Shown here: positions 54,601-63,470 of the stretch, piece by piece
Numbering within the stretch: the stretch's first letter is position 1
Layout: each line of letters starts with the position of its first letter
Assembly (NCBI GenBank): GCA_036265205.1
Contig: DATAPL010000054.1
Location: 1,223-65,222, forward strand
Direction: 5' to 3'
DNA from: Terriglobales bacterium
Lineage (GTDB): Bacteria > Acidobacteriota > Terriglobia > Terriglobales > Acidobacteriaceae
Length of the DNA: 64,000 nucleotides
Notes under the pieces: generated by a model
Database searches by the model: none
What the model was told of the DNA's origin: nothing
What the model saw: the letters and a program-made list of their open reading frames with translations, nothing else
Translations under genes and position numbers: made by a program

Positions 54601-54761
54601 TCTTCCTGGTTTCGTGCGGCGGCGGCGCAAGCAGCGGGAGCGGTGGCGGCAGTCAGCAGCCCAATCCGAACGGAACTCCGGCCGGAACTTATACTCTCAA
54701 CGTGCAGGCGACAGCAGGCGGCGCGACGCAAAATACCTCGCTTACACTAAACGTGCAGTAA
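51633..54761 (+). CDS. Copper radical oxidase (glyoxal/galactose oxidase-like) fused to four IPT/TIG domains, a split Ig-like domain and a membrane hairpin
   Basis: The GTG at 51633 follows GGAGGAG and gives the same N-terminal length as the paralog at 1..779. Putative Cu/cofactor residues lie in MFCND, GRWYPT, LYHS and VTHSF. Four repeats of about 89 aa are SP-SG-T-GGTAVT-TGTGF... The track ORF starts at a TTG at 51603. Confidence 0.85.
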   Translation: MKVTQFVSFKRHPLLLLLLVGISTPGLLGQSQTIGKWTTMSNTTPINPIHAALMKNGKILIVAGSGNCPPSQSGCPLGPPYGPSNNSGAEIYDPVAGTFTQLTVSWDMFCNDMISLPDGRMFINGGSIQYDPFYGSPQSAIFDPSTNTFTNVQNMAHGRWYPTLVTLGDGRIMTFSGTDENGNTNTTVEIYTVGSGWGQPDSAGWTPPLYPRMHLLPNGKVFYSGSDTSSNIFDPSSMSWNLNVANTIYGGQRTYGTSVLLPLTPANNYDPQVMIMGGNNPATATTEIIDLNASPLKWKSGPSMSQPRTQMNAVILPSGKVLALGGSANDEDTGSLSLNADLYDPATKTFSSAGQNVYERLYHSVALLLPDATVWLTGGNPSRGTFEPHIEIYQPAYLFNSGGGLATRPTISGAPSSISWGNAFTVTTPDAANISSVVLIRDGAVTHSFGIDQRMVGMLFTPGSGSLTVTAPPTANIAPPGYYMLFILNNNGVPSVAKFVQLTAGGGGNPAPTLSGVSPASGTTAGGTAVTVSGTGFLAGATLTFGGNAATNVTVNSGTSITATTPAHSAGAVNVVVTNTDSQNATLSQGFTYTAISNPPPTVTAISPNSASTSGGTAVTVTGTGFLSGATLTLGGTAATNVTVANSTTITAMTPAHSAGTVNVVVTNSDTQSGSLPQGFTYTSVSNPPPTVTAISPISGTTAGGTAVTITGTGFLAGDMVNLGGTLATNTAVISSTTMTATTPAHSAGAVSVVVTNAEEQNGTLPNGFTYIQPTPAPAIASIAPNSGTSSGGTAVTVTGTGFLTGAALTMGGTAASGVTVLNSTTITATTPAHAAGVVSVTVTNTDNQSGNLANGYTYTSTPPPGLGFGVPSGDPSAATVSAGQTASYILSIGGAGLSGTATFSCTGAPLGSKCTVPATQQFSATAASTLNVSVTTTSRTIGALQIPAFTPATWLWTFTIVGMTLLPGVRVSRRSARRFLWLAPLALTFFLVSCGGGASSGSGGGSQQPNPNGTPAGTYTLNVQATAGGATQNTSLTLNVQ
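53158..54225 (+). repeat. Four tandem 267-nt (89-codon) IPT/TIG-encoding repeats
   Basis: Repeat units start near 53158, 53427, 53694 and 53958. Both protein and DNA similarity are visible by eye. Confidence 0.85.
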
Positions 54762-54770
54762 TACGGAAGC

Positions 54771-54809
54771 GAAGACTGGTTGACACTGAATCGGGATTTG
54801 CCAGTCTTC
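54771..54809 (+). terminator. Stem-loop downstream of the oxidase gene
   Basis: 9-bp arms GAAGACTGG (54771-54779) and CCAGTCTTC (54801-54809). Large loop and a weak T-tract. Confidence 0.4.
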
Positions 54810-54926
54810 CTTCGGCGGTTATTCGCTCGGCGATCAGACTTCGGCCTTCCCAGCTACGCGACCGACTTTTTTATCCTTAACCTCCGCGCCTCGCCGCGTT
54901 TCAAATCGCGCTGTTAGAATCGGAGC

Positions 54927-55664
54927 ATGTTTTATCGCTCTGATAATCGCTCGCCGGACCAGATGCGTCCGGTCAATATCGTTCCCAATTTTATAAGCAC
55001 GGCTGAAGGGTCGGTGCTGATCGAGTTGGGCAACACCCGCGTAATCTGTACCGCATCGGTCGAAGAAACTGTGCCCGCGTTCATGCGCAACCGCGGCAAG
55101 GGATGGATTTCCAGCGAGTACAGCATGTTGCCGCGGGCGACGCTGACGCGCACGGCGCGCGAGGTCAACAAGGGCCGTCCCAGTGGCCGCACGCACGAAA
55201 TCCAGCGTCTGATCGGGCGCTCGTTACGCGCGGTTACCGACATGGAGCGCATGGGTGAGCGCACCATCTGGGTGGACTGCGACGTCATCCAGGCCGACGG
55301 CGGCACGCGTACCGCGTCCATCACGGGAGCGTTCGTGGCGCTGGGCCTGGCGCTGGAAAAACTGGTTGAAGCCGGAACCCTGACCTCGGTTCCCTTCCGC
55401 GATTTTGTAGCGGCGGTCAGTGTTGGAATTGTGGATGGCGAAATCCTGCTTGATCTTTGTTACGAAGAGGACTCACGCGCCGATGTCGATATGAACTTCG
55501 TAATGACCGCCGGGCATAAGCTGGTCGAAGTCCAGGCCACCGCCGAACATCAGGTATTTGACGAAGAACAACTGGGCAGGATGATCGGCCTGGCGAGCCA
55601 GGGAGTGCAGTCGCTGATTGCCAAGCAGCAGGCGGTCCTGGGAACTCTTACGCTGCGGCAATAG
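54927..55664 (+). CDS. rph: Ribonuclease PH
   Basis: [13 protein letters not shown]...[19 protein letters not shown]...[16 protein letters not shown]...[17 protein letters not shown]...[23 protein letters not shown] matches the canonical RNase PH sequence. Confidence 0.95.
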   Translation: MFYRSDNRSPDQMRPVNIVPNFISTAEGSVLIELGNTRVICTASVEETVPAFMRNRGKGWISSEYSMLPRATLTRTAREVNKGRPSGRTHEIQRLIGRSLRAVTDMERMGERTIWVDCDVIQADGGTRTASITGAFVALGLALEKLVEAGTLTSVPFRDFVAAVSVGIVDGEILLDLCYEEDSRADVDMNFVMTAGHKLVEVQATAEHQVFDEEQLGRMIGLASQGVQSLIAKQQAVLGTLTLRQ

Positions 55665-55670
55665 GGATAG

Positions 55671-55690
55671 GGCGGACACTCTTGTCCGCC
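55671..55690. terminator. GC-rich hairpin between convergent rph and the cupin gene
   Basis: GGCGGACA-ctct-TGTCCGCC, a perfect 8-bp stem 7 nt after the rph stop. Confidence 0.5.
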
Positions 55691-55733
55691 GCCTTTGACT
55701 TCAGTTGTCTGAAAAGAAGACCGCACAACTCAA

Positions 55734-56177
55734 TCATTTTCCGGAAGCAACCGGCGCGACCACATAGACGTATTCGAGCACTTCAGTCCCCGTATTTGTG
55801 ACATTGTGCTTCGACCGGGGAGGAATATAGGCCAGCATGCGGGAGGAGATGGACAACGCTTCCCTGCCCTCGATCTCAGCCTTACCCTGTCCCTGCAGAA
55901 CCACCAGCGCTTCCTCGTCCTCCAGAGTTGAATGTTCGCCTACCGATTGACCCGGCTGGAGGCGTACAAATCCGCTGCGCATACCCGTGGTCTGCGGGGC
56001 GCCGCGCAGCAATGCACAATCGCTGCTCGAGCATTCCAGGTGAAACGACAAAGGCGAGTAGGACTGCTGCTGTGAAGAAATCGCTGTCGCGGCAAAACCC
56101 AGAACAACAGCGGCCATGAACCATGATTGGTTGAAGCAGAGTTTGCTGAGCCAGAATTTGATGGGCGATGATTTCAT
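55734..56177 (-). CDS. Secreted cupin-domain protein
   Basis: Signal-like N-terminus plus a cupin core GQSVGEHSTLEDEEALVVLQGQG...YIPPRSKHNVTNTG. The start is ATG 56177 or GTG 56198. Confidence 0.7.
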   Translation of the reverse strand: MKSSPIKFWLSKLCFNQSWFMAAVVLGFAATAISSQQQSYSPLSFHLECSSSDCALLRGAPQTTGMRSGFVRLQPGQSVGEHSTLEDEEALVVLQGQGKAEIEGREALSISSRMLAYIPPRSKHNVTNTGTEVLEYVYVVAPVASGK

Positions 56178-56224
56178 GGGAGTTCCCGGGAATTTCACTT
56201 TCGGTTAGTGAGTAATAGGTTCGG

Positions 56225-58708
56225 TCAGCGCGTAACTTGAGATCTCTCCGCGAGAAAGTTGTTCTGGCACTCTTTTGCCGCGGAAAGCAACTGATTGAAT
56301 TCGGGAGCGCTCCGAAGCTTCGCTATCAGGGGATCAGTCTGGAGGGCAGTATAGGCGCAGTAGTGCCCGGCGATGGCGCTCTTGATCAGAGGTATGGCGA
56401 TATCCGGCTTGCCGCAGGCAGCCATGAGAGCGGCATCCCAGTATCGATTTTCGGGATCGGCATCGGCAAGAAACACGGGGGAAACAGCGCGCACTTCTCT
56501 GTCGATCGCGGCCGACGACGACGGATCCAGGCAGGCGACAATGACCCCTCTGGCGGGATCGGAGGAAGATATTTTCCCCGCGCTTTCTGCTGCTTCCGAC
56601 GGTTTTCCCGCCCGTGCGAAATGGAGAGGCAGGTTCGAGATCACCCAGTCCGAGCCCGGGTCCAGGCGCAGAAAGTCCATGCCTCGCTCGGTGTTTCCCA
56701 TCAGATCAAACACGAAAGAGCATGATCGAAACTGATAGTTCCCAGGATCAAGCGACACAGCCGTGTCGCACTCCTGCCCTGCCTCCTGCAGGACACCGCC
56801 GTAGCGCAGGACATAACTCAGGGCAAAGTGCGCCATGGCATTTTCCGGATGTCGCGCCACCAGGGCTTTCGCATCCTGATAAGCCTTGCCCAGTTCGCCT
56901 CGTTCGACCCGGTTGCTGATCAGCAGGCCGGCCGCGTCACTGTAGTCCGGATCCAGACCCAGGGCGCGCTCCTGGGCGGCGGTGGAGCGCTGGAACATGG
57001 CTTCGCCGCCGTTCGAGTAGTGGGATTCATAGTAGTAGCGTTCTCCCACGGCGCGCCACGCCGGCGCATAAGTGGAGTCGAGGCCAACCGAGCGTTCCAG
57101 CATAGCGATGGCTTCTTTATTAGGAGCTCCATCATGGGGCATCGAAACGCTGCGCAAGTACAGATCGTAGGCCTCTTCGTTTTTGGGATGAGTCCGGGCA
57201 TCGGCTGCGTTATCGCTGGCGCCCAGTGCAGGAACCAGTCCCTGACGAACCCTGGTCGCGATCTGTCCCCGCATGGCAATCATGTCCAGAGCTCCCACGC
57301 TGATCGTGTCCCGCCACACCGAGCGATTGTTGGCGACATCGACCGCCTCGAGAGTGATCTGCAACTGATCGCCTTCCTTCAGATAGTGGCCGGTGACGAT
57401 ATTCGCCACTCGCATCTCGCGCCCCGCCTGCTCGAGATCCAGGGTGGCGGCGTTGTATTTGCTGGTAGTGGCGAAGGGACGAATGGACAGCGAGCGCACG
57501 TAGCTGAGCGCAGTGGCGATCTCATCGGGCAAGGCCAGGCGCAGGAAATCAACATCCTTGTCGGAACTCATGTTCTGAAAAGGAAGAACGGCGACGGTGG
57601 TTGCGCCGGCGGAGGTTGAAAGAGAAGGACGAGGCTTGAGTTGCCAAAAAAGAATCGCGCCGATCGCGATCGCGGCGGCGGCAACCAGGGCAATGATTTT
57701 CGCGTACGACCGAGTGTTCCCGGACGCAAACGCCACGTCTTGACCGCTAGCGAAGCGCCGGTTGGAACCGGATGATTGGCTAGCGGTCCCTGCCCCCTCA
57801 CCTTGGGCGGATACCGGCAGCACGATCCTCCCGGTGTCAGTATCGCGCTTCAGCCGCTTCAGGTCGCTCGCCATCTCTGAGGCGTGCTGGTAGCGCAGGG
57901 AGCGATCTTTTTCCAGCGCCTTGTCGATGATGTCTTCCAGCTTGGCGGGGATGTCGGGATTGAGACGAAGCGCAGGCGTTGGTCCTGAATCGAGGATGGC
58001 TTTAAAGATCAATGCGGACGTGTCGCCGCGGAACGGCAAGGTACCGGTGGCCATCTCGTACAGCACCGCACCGAAAGAAAAAAGATCGGTGCGGGCATCG
58101 AGTTCTTTCCCTCTCGCCTGTTCCGGCGACATGTAGGCCACCGTTCCTACCATGGTGCCTGGACTGGTCAAATGCTGATCGTTGATGGTGCCGGTCATGG
58201 TGTTGGCTGAGGCCACCTGGCTGGACGAACCCCCCGTGGTCGCGACTTTCGCCAGCCCAAAATCCAGAATCTTGGCGTGGCCGCGTTTGGTGACGAAGAT
58301 GTTTGCCGGCTTGATATCGCGGTGGACAATGCCCTCTGAATGAGCGGCGTCAAGAGCGTCGGAAATTTCGATGGCGAGCGACAGTAGCGTGTCGTTTTCC
58401 AGCGGACGACCGGCGACCATATGCTTCAGGGTCAGGCCATCCAAAAATTCCATTGCGATAAAGCGCTTGCCTTCATGTTCCCCAATCTCGTAAATGGTGC
58501 AGATGTTGGGATGGTTGAGAGCGGAAGCGGCTCGCGCCTCACGCCGGAAGCGTTCCAGAGCCTGCGGGTCCTGGGCGACGTCGTCGGGAAGGAACTTGAG
58601 CGCCACGAAGCGGCCGAGCGAAGTGTCCTCGGCCTTGTACACCACGCCCATCCCCCCACCGCCCAACTTCTCGATGACGCGGTAATGCGAAATGGTTTGG
58701 CCGATCAT
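56225..58708 (-). CDS. Ser/Thr protein kinase with a TM segment and an extracytoplasmic TPR-like sensor region
   Basis: Hanks kinase motifs [33 protein letters not shown] and [26 protein letters not shown]. Long C-terminal repeat region. Confidence 0.9.
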   Translation of the reverse strand: MIGQTISHYRVIEKLGGGGMGVVYKAEDTSLGRFVALKFLPDDVAQDPQALERFRREARAASALNHPNICTIYEIGEHEGKRFIAMEFLDGLTLKHMVAGRPLENDTLLSLAIEISDALDAAHSEGIVHRDIKPANIFVTKRGHAKILDFGLAKVATTGGSSSQVASANTMTGTINDQHLTSPGTMVGTVAYMSPEQARGKELDARTDLFSFGAVLYEMATGTLPFRGDTSALIFKAILDSGPTPALRLNPDIPAKLEDIIDKALEKDRSLRYQHASEMASDLKRLKRDTDTGRIVLPVSAQGEGAGTASQSSGSNRRFASGQDVAFASGNTRSYAKIIALVAAAAIAIGAILFWQLKPRPSLSTSAGATTVAVLPFQNMSSDKDVDFLRLALPDEIATALSYVRSLSIRPFATTSKYNAATLDLEQAGREMRVANIVTGHYLKEGDQLQITLEAVDVANNRSVWRDTISVGALDMIAMRGQIATRVRQGLVPALGASDNAADARTHPKNEEAYDLYLRSVSMPHDGAPNKEAIAMLERSVGLDSTYAPAWRAVGERYYYESHYSNGGEAMFQRSTAAQERALGLDPDYSDAAGLLISNRVERGELGKAYQDAKALVARHPENAMAHFALSYVLRYGGVLQEAGQECDTAVSLDPGNYQFRSCSFVFDLMGNTERGMDFLRLDPGSDWVISNLPLHFARAGKPSEAAESAGKISSSDPARGVIVACLDPSSSAAIDREVRAVSPVFLADADPENRYWDAALMAACGKPDIAIPLIKSAIAGHYCAYTALQTDPLIAKLRSAPEFNQLLSAAKECQNNFLAERSQVTR

Positions 58709-58849
58709 GCCTGGGCGCTCACGGAGTCGGCCAATGTTAGGTGGAATAGCGGCGGCGCGTCAATCAACGTAGTGGTCAGTCCTCACGCTCTGTCATCCTG
58801 AGGAAGCGGGGTCCTTCGCAAGGCGAAGGGCTCCCGGTCATCTGCGCTA

Positions 58850-59410
58850 CTAATCCGCAGCCCTGCTCTTGATCAGAGCACGGAATAGAGGAGCTCCCCA
58901 GGTACTGATCGCGAGCAGCGAGCCGAACAGGATCACCGCATCGATGCTGGATCGTCCTTCACGCACGAAGTAAACATCTTTCAGATTGAGCCAGAGCGCG
59001 AACTCGTCGAGGGTGAGTGCCGCGCCGAGCCCATACAGCACCGCCATGAGGCGGCTGGCAAAGACCGACGAAGAGTCGCTGCCGTTGCCGATCTCGCACA
59101 ACCAGCCATATCCCACAAAGAGCAAAATCAGGATGCCAAAGACAAGGTGGTGAACGTGCCGGCCTTCCAGAATGATGTAGTGGAAAGGAGGGATGTGATG
59201 AGTGATCGCGAAAACCATGCCTCGCACCGTGGCAAAAGTCAGAAAGAAGCTGACGGAGGCCACAAACAGCCGCCGCCGGGGGCGGTCCACGATCTGCTCG
59301 CGCAGAAGAGAACCCAGGCGCGTGCTGCGCAGGAGCAGGAGCAGCCCTGCCGTCATCGCCAGAAGAAGCGGAAACAGAATCCAATCGATATGCAGCATCG
59401 GTCGACTCAT
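58850..59410 (-). CDS. Integral membrane protein of unknown function
   Basis: About 186 aa with 4-5 hydrophobic segments. No recognisable motif. Confidence 0.55.
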   Translation of the reverse strand: MSRPMLHIDWILFPLLLAMTAGLLLLLRSTRLGSLLREQIVDRPRRRLFVASVSFFLTFATVRGMVFAITHHIPPFHYIILEGRHVHHLVFGILILLFVGYGWLCEIGNGSDSSSVFASRLMAVLYGLGAALTLDEFALWLNLKDVYFVREGRSSIDAVILFGSLLAISTWGAPLFRALIKSRAAD

Positions 59411-59615
59411 CACGGGTCTACTCGGCCTGGATCATCTGGGTGGCGCCGGTCTCTTTACCCTTGCCGAAGAAAGGGAAAGGTATCACCGCGAATAAAGAAT
59501 GTAAATTTGCGACAGTCGCCTCTGCGATATGGGCTCTTGACTGAATCCACGTACCGGGACAAGCTCGCCTCGCTCTCGAACCAGAAGTGCGATATTTTGT
59601 TACGACGGAGGGATC

Positions 59616-61220
59616 ATGGAAGCGGGCAGCATTCAGGCTCTCGAGATCGTATTTCTTTTGCTGCTGCTTTTTGTGGTTGTTTTTGGCGCCCTGGCGCGGA
59701 AACTCGAGACCCCGTATCCGATCGTGCTGGTAGTGGCCGGATTGCTGTTGAGCTTTGTTCCGGGCATTCCCAGAATCAAGCTGGATCCGGACGTTATCTT
59801 TTTCGCGGTCTTGCCTCCGTTGCTTTACAGCGCGTCCTGGCTCACCTCGTGGCGCGAGTTCTCTTACAACCTGGTCAGCATTCTCTTCCTGGCATTCGGG
59901 CTGGTGCTGTTCACCGTGTTGGGCGTCGCAGGCTTCGCGCCGTGGTTTTTCTCCGGCTTCGACTGGCGTATCGGATTCGTGCTGGGCGCGGTGGTGGCGC
60001 CTACGGATGCGATTGCCGCCACTTCAATTGCCCGGCGCGTGGAGCTGCCGAAGCGCATCGTCGATATTCTCGAAGGCGAGAGCCTGGTGAACGACGCCAG
60101 CGGATTGCTGGCCCTCGAGTTCGGCATCGCCATGCTGGTGCGGGGCGAGACTGCGACCATTTCCACTGGCCTGTTGCGCCTCGTTTACCTGACCGCCGCC
60201 GGCCTGGCGGTGGGCTTGCTGATCGGAGTAATCGTGAACTGGGTGGAGCGGCAGGTCGATCACGCCCCGATCGAGATCGCACTCAGCATTATGGTGCCTT
60301 ACGTCGCCTATCTCGCCGCCGATTCGGTTCGCGCGTCCGGCGTGCTGGCGGTGGTGGCCTGCGGACTCTATCTGAGCCGCAAGAGTTCGACCTTTTTCTC
60401 GCCTAGCGTGCGCCTGCAAGCTTGGGCGGTCTGGGACTCGCTGACTTTTATCCTGAATGGACTGGTCTTTGTGCTCATTGGCTTGCAATTGCCCAACGTC
60501 CTGCGGGGAATTCGAGATCACAGTCTTGGCGAGTTGCTGCTGTACGGCATCGCCTTCAGCGCCCTCCTGATCGCGTTGCGCGTCGTCTGGCTCTTCCCTG
60601 GTGCATACATGGCGAACCAGATACGCAGGCGCATTTTTCATCAGAAGGAGCCGCTGCCGGAGGCCCGGCAGATCTTTATCGTGGGCTGGACTGGAATGCG
60701 AGGAGTGGTCTCACTGGCGGCTGCGATTGCTCTGCCCGCAACGTTGGCAAATGGCGCACCCTTCACCCAGCGCAATCTCATCGTCTTTCTTACCTTCAGC
60801 GTGATTCTGGTGACCCTGGTGTTGCAGGGGTTGACGCTGCCACCACTCGTGAGGGCGCTTGGCCTGGCCGGCACCGCCGGCCGCAACACCGAAGAGGAAG
60901 AAGCCCGGCGCACGATCATTGAAGCGGCGCTCAACTACCTGCAAAACGTTCGCGACCAGGATGGCGATGGTCTGGACGAGGTTTATGACGATTTGCAGCA
61001 GCACTACCAGCACCGCCTGGCGACTCTGAAGGGCGACGCCAGCGACGTTCATAGTGGCCATTACACCGGTTACGTCAAGCTCTCGCGCGACCTGCTGCGG
61101 ATAGAGCGGCAGACCGCAGTCCGCCTTCGCAACGAGGGGCGCATCAATGACGAACTGCTGCGCGATCTGGAGCGCGAGTTGGATTTGAGCGAGACCCGTT
61201 TTCTGACCGGCGCCAGGTGA
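59616..61220 (+). CDS. Na+/H+ antiporter (CPA1/NhaP type) with a cytoplasmic C-terminal domain
   Basis: 534 aa and polytopic. ATDAIAATSIARR and ESLVNDASGL blocks are typical of NhaP-type exchangers. ATG after GGAGGG. Confidence 0.85.
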   Translation: MEAGSIQALEIVFLLLLLFVVVFGALARKLETPYPIVLVVAGLLLSFVPGIPRIKLDPDVIFFAVLPPLLYSASWLTSWREFSYNLVSILFLAFGLVLFTVLGVAGFAPWFFSGFDWRIGFVLGAVVAPTDAIAATSIARRVELPKRIVDILEGESLVNDASGLLALEFGIAMLVRGETATISTGLLRLVYLTAAGLAVGLLIGVIVNWVERQVDHAPIEIALSIMVPYVAYLAADSVRASGVLAVVACGLYLSRKSSTFFSPSVRLQAWAVWDSLTFILNGLVFVLIGLQLPNVLRGIRDHSLGELLLYGIAFSALLIALRVVWLFPGAYMANQIRRRIFHQKEPLPEARQIFIVGWTGMRGVVSLAAAIALPATLANGAPFTQRNLIVFLTFSVILVTLVLQGLTLPPLVRALGLAGTAGRNTEEEEARRTIIEAALNYLQNVRDQDGDGLDEVYDDLQQHYQHRLATLKGDASDVHSGHYTGYVKLSRDLLRIERQTAVRLRNEGRINDELLRDLERELDLSETRFLTGAR

Positions 61221-61338
61221 GCCGACGGCGCTGCCCATCGAATTAAAGGAATCTCGCGAAAGTGCCGATTAGCTGCCCAGGCGCAATATCCAGCCGCAAC
61301 CCTTTCTTGCGACTGCAGGCGCCATACCCACGTCGCCC

Positions 61339-62154
61339 ATGCCCGGTCCCATGCCCGAAAAAGCTGAAATCGTGAGCGCCTTAGTCTCGTCGCCCGGCCT
61401 CCTGGCGCGCCGTCTCTTCAAACGCCGTCAGGAAGTAGTGCCCTGTACCGATCCGCGACATTCCGACGTGCCGCTGCTGCGTGGCGCCGAACTGGCAGCC
61501 GTCTATTACAACCTGCGGGTGGCTGGCGATTTCTATGAATTTCTGCGGGTAGGCCCGGCCCGGGTATTGTTCGGCCTGCTCGACCTGGCCGGACGCAGGC
61601 AGGACACTCGCGATATTCTCATTGCCGCCCAGAGCGCTTTCAGAACGAGCGCTCCCCTGCTCTTTGCCGGCGAGGATTTTAATGAGGCCGAAGCCATCAT
61701 CGAGCTCTGCCATGAGGTCAATCGCACTATCCTGCAATGTGCCGGAGGAGTACGCAGCTGTCCCGCCTTCATGGGCTGCTACAACGAGGATCTGGGCACA
61801 GTGTGTTACACCAATGCCGGACATACCCCGGGACTGCTTCACGACCACGGTGGCATCACGCCCCTGGAAGCAACCGGCCTGCCCCTTGGGCTGTTCTCGC
61901 ATGCTACGCATAGCGCTTCAACATGCGCCCTGATGCCGGGCGCAGCGCTCCTAATTGTTTCCCGCGGAATCGTGGAGGCCGAATTCGGCGGCGAAGAGTT
62001 CGGACTGGAAGGTGTTAAGCAAACTCTGCAGGACGCCCACGTCATTAGCGCCCAGGATTTATGCCTGGCCGTGCTTCATCATGCCCAGGAATTCATGCGG
62101 GTTCCGCCCACCCACAACGACGTGACCACGCTCGCGCTTCTCCGGAACCGGTAG
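61339..62154 (+). CDS. SpoIIE/PP2C-like phosphatase-domain protein (possibly catalytically degenerate)
   Basis: GDFYEF, NAGHTPGLL and NDVTTLALLR align with the GDxYD, NAGHxP and DDxTxxxx blocks of the SpoIIE domain. Confidence 0.6.
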   Translation: MPGPMPEKAEIVSALVSSPGLLARRLFKRRQEVVPCTDPRHSDVPLLRGAELAAVYYNLRVAGDFYEFLRVGPARVLFGLLDLAGRRQDTRDILIAAQSAFRTSAPLLFAGEDFNEAEAIIELCHEVNRTILQCAGGVRSCPAFMGCYNEDLGTVCYTNAGHTPGLLHDHGGITPLEATGLPLGLFSHATHSASTCALMPGAALLIVSRGIVEAEFGGEEFGLEGVKQTLQDAHVISAQDLCLAVLHHAQEFMRVPPTHNDVTTLALLRNR

Positions 62155-62209
62155 CCCACTACCACAGGTCTGGCGGCGGCCGCTACGAAGCGTCATCAGC
62201 GGGAGCGTT

Positions 62210-62237
62210 ATCCTGAGGGACTTTTAGTCCCAAGGAT
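62210..62237. repeat. Intergenic extended hairpin
   Basis: ATCCT-gag-GGACT-ttt-AGTCC-ca-AGGAT, located downstream of the SpoIIE-like gene. Confidence 0.5.
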
Positions 62238-62378
62238 CTGCCGAGCGGAGGCATGCCGCGGCATCCACCTGACGCCCGCCCGCTCGGACCTTGCGGACTC
62301 ACGACAATCGCGAATCAGCAGCACACCATAAGACTGGTTTACAATTGAAGCGATTTAACGCACTCATTGGAGGGATCT

Positions 62379-63386
62379 ATGAAACTTACGCCGGGAAAAC
62401 TGGCTGGGCTGAGGAAAGTCTCGAACGAACGCGGCGTGATTGCCGCGGCCGCCATGGACCAGCGTGGTTCGCTGCAGAAGTCATTGGCTAAGGAAAAAGG
62501 CGGCGAAGTGGGCGATGCGATGATGGAAGAGTTCAAGACGCTGGTCACCGAAGTGCTCACCCCGCACGCCAGCGCCATTCTGCTCGATCCCGAATGGGGC
62601 CTGCCCGCGTCCAAGCGGCGCGCGAAGAATGCCGGATTGCTGCTGGCTTACGAGAAAACCGGGTATGACAAGACCGGGCCCGGCCGCCTGGGCGACTTGC
62701 TCGAACACTGGTCGGTTCGCCGGCTGAAGGAAGCGGGCGCGGACTGCCTGAAGATTCTGCTCTACTACACACCCTTCGACCCCAAAGATGTGAATGACAA
62801 AAAGCACGCATGGGTGGAGCGGATTGGCGATGAGTGCCGCGCCAACGATATTCCGTTTTTCCTCGAATTCGTCGGCTACGAAGAGGGCGCGGACGAGAAG
62901 GGTCCTGACTATGCCAAGAAAAAGCCGGAGATCGTGGCCCAGAGCATGAAGGAGTTCAGCAAAGACCGCTACGGCGTGGACGTGCTCAAGGTCGAAGTGC
63001 CGGTGAACATGAAATATGTGGAAGGCGCCAAGGCTTACGCCGGACAAAAAGCTTACAGCCGGACAGAGGCCGCAGGCTTGTTCCTGAAGGCAGCAACGGC
63101 CACGACTAAACCTTTCATTTATCTTTCCGCGGGCGTGAGCAACGCTGAGTTTACCGAAGCCCTTGAACTGGCGGGCGAATCGGGAGTGAAATTCAATGGC
63201 GTGTTGTGTGGTCGCGCCACCTGGAAGGACGGTATCCCGATCTATGCCAAGCAAGGCGCAAACGCCTTCCGTGAGTGGCTGCAGTCTGAAGGCGTGAAGA
63301 ACATCAACAACGTCAACGACCGCCTGAAGGCAGCCACTTCGTGGTATTCGATTTATGGCGTCGAGCCGGCTATGGTGGGCGCGTAA
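62379..63386 (+). CDS. Tagatose-1,6-bisphosphate aldolase family (LacD-like class I aldolase)
   Basis: MKLTPGKLAGLRKVSNERGVIAAAAMDQRGSL...ILLDPEWG...LKVEVPVN... resembles LacD-family aldolases. ATG at 62379 after GGAGGG. Confidence 0.75.
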   Translation: MKLTPGKLAGLRKVSNERGVIAAAAMDQRGSLQKSLAKEKGGEVGDAMMEEFKTLVTEVLTPHASAILLDPEWGLPASKRRAKNAGLLLAYEKTGYDKTGPGRLGDLLEHWSVRRLKEAGADCLKILLYYTPFDPKDVNDKKHAWVERIGDECRANDIPFFLEFVGYEEGADEKGPDYAKKKPEIVAQSMKEFSKDRYGVDVLKVEVPVNMKYVEGAKAYAGQKAYSRTEAAGLFLKAATATTKPFIYLSAGVSNAEFTEALELAGESGVKFNGVLCGRATWKDGIPIYAKQGANAFREWLQSEGVKNINNVNDRLKAATSWYSIYGVEPAMVGA

Positions 63387-63401
63387 ACCTTAAACCACCA
63401 A

Positions 63402-63452
63402 GGGCACGAAGTGACAGCAAGGAATTGGATTCCTGCACGTCATTTCGTGCCC
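63402..63452. terminator. Bidirectional terminator-like hairpin between convergent genes
   Basis: Perfect 9-bp arms GGGCACGAA (63402-63410) and TTCGTGCCC (63444-63452) with an imperfect outer extension, AAACC upstream and GGTTTT downstream. Confidence 0.6.
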
Positions 63453-63470
63453 CTGGTTTTAGGCTACGGC

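Noticed and set aside
59147-60406. 419-aa Arg-rich plus-strand ORF spanning two genes
   Set aside because: It overlaps the membrane-protein gene (minus strand) and the NhaP gene in another frame. Its extreme Arg/Gly/Ser composition is typical of an off-frame reading of GC-rich coding DNA.
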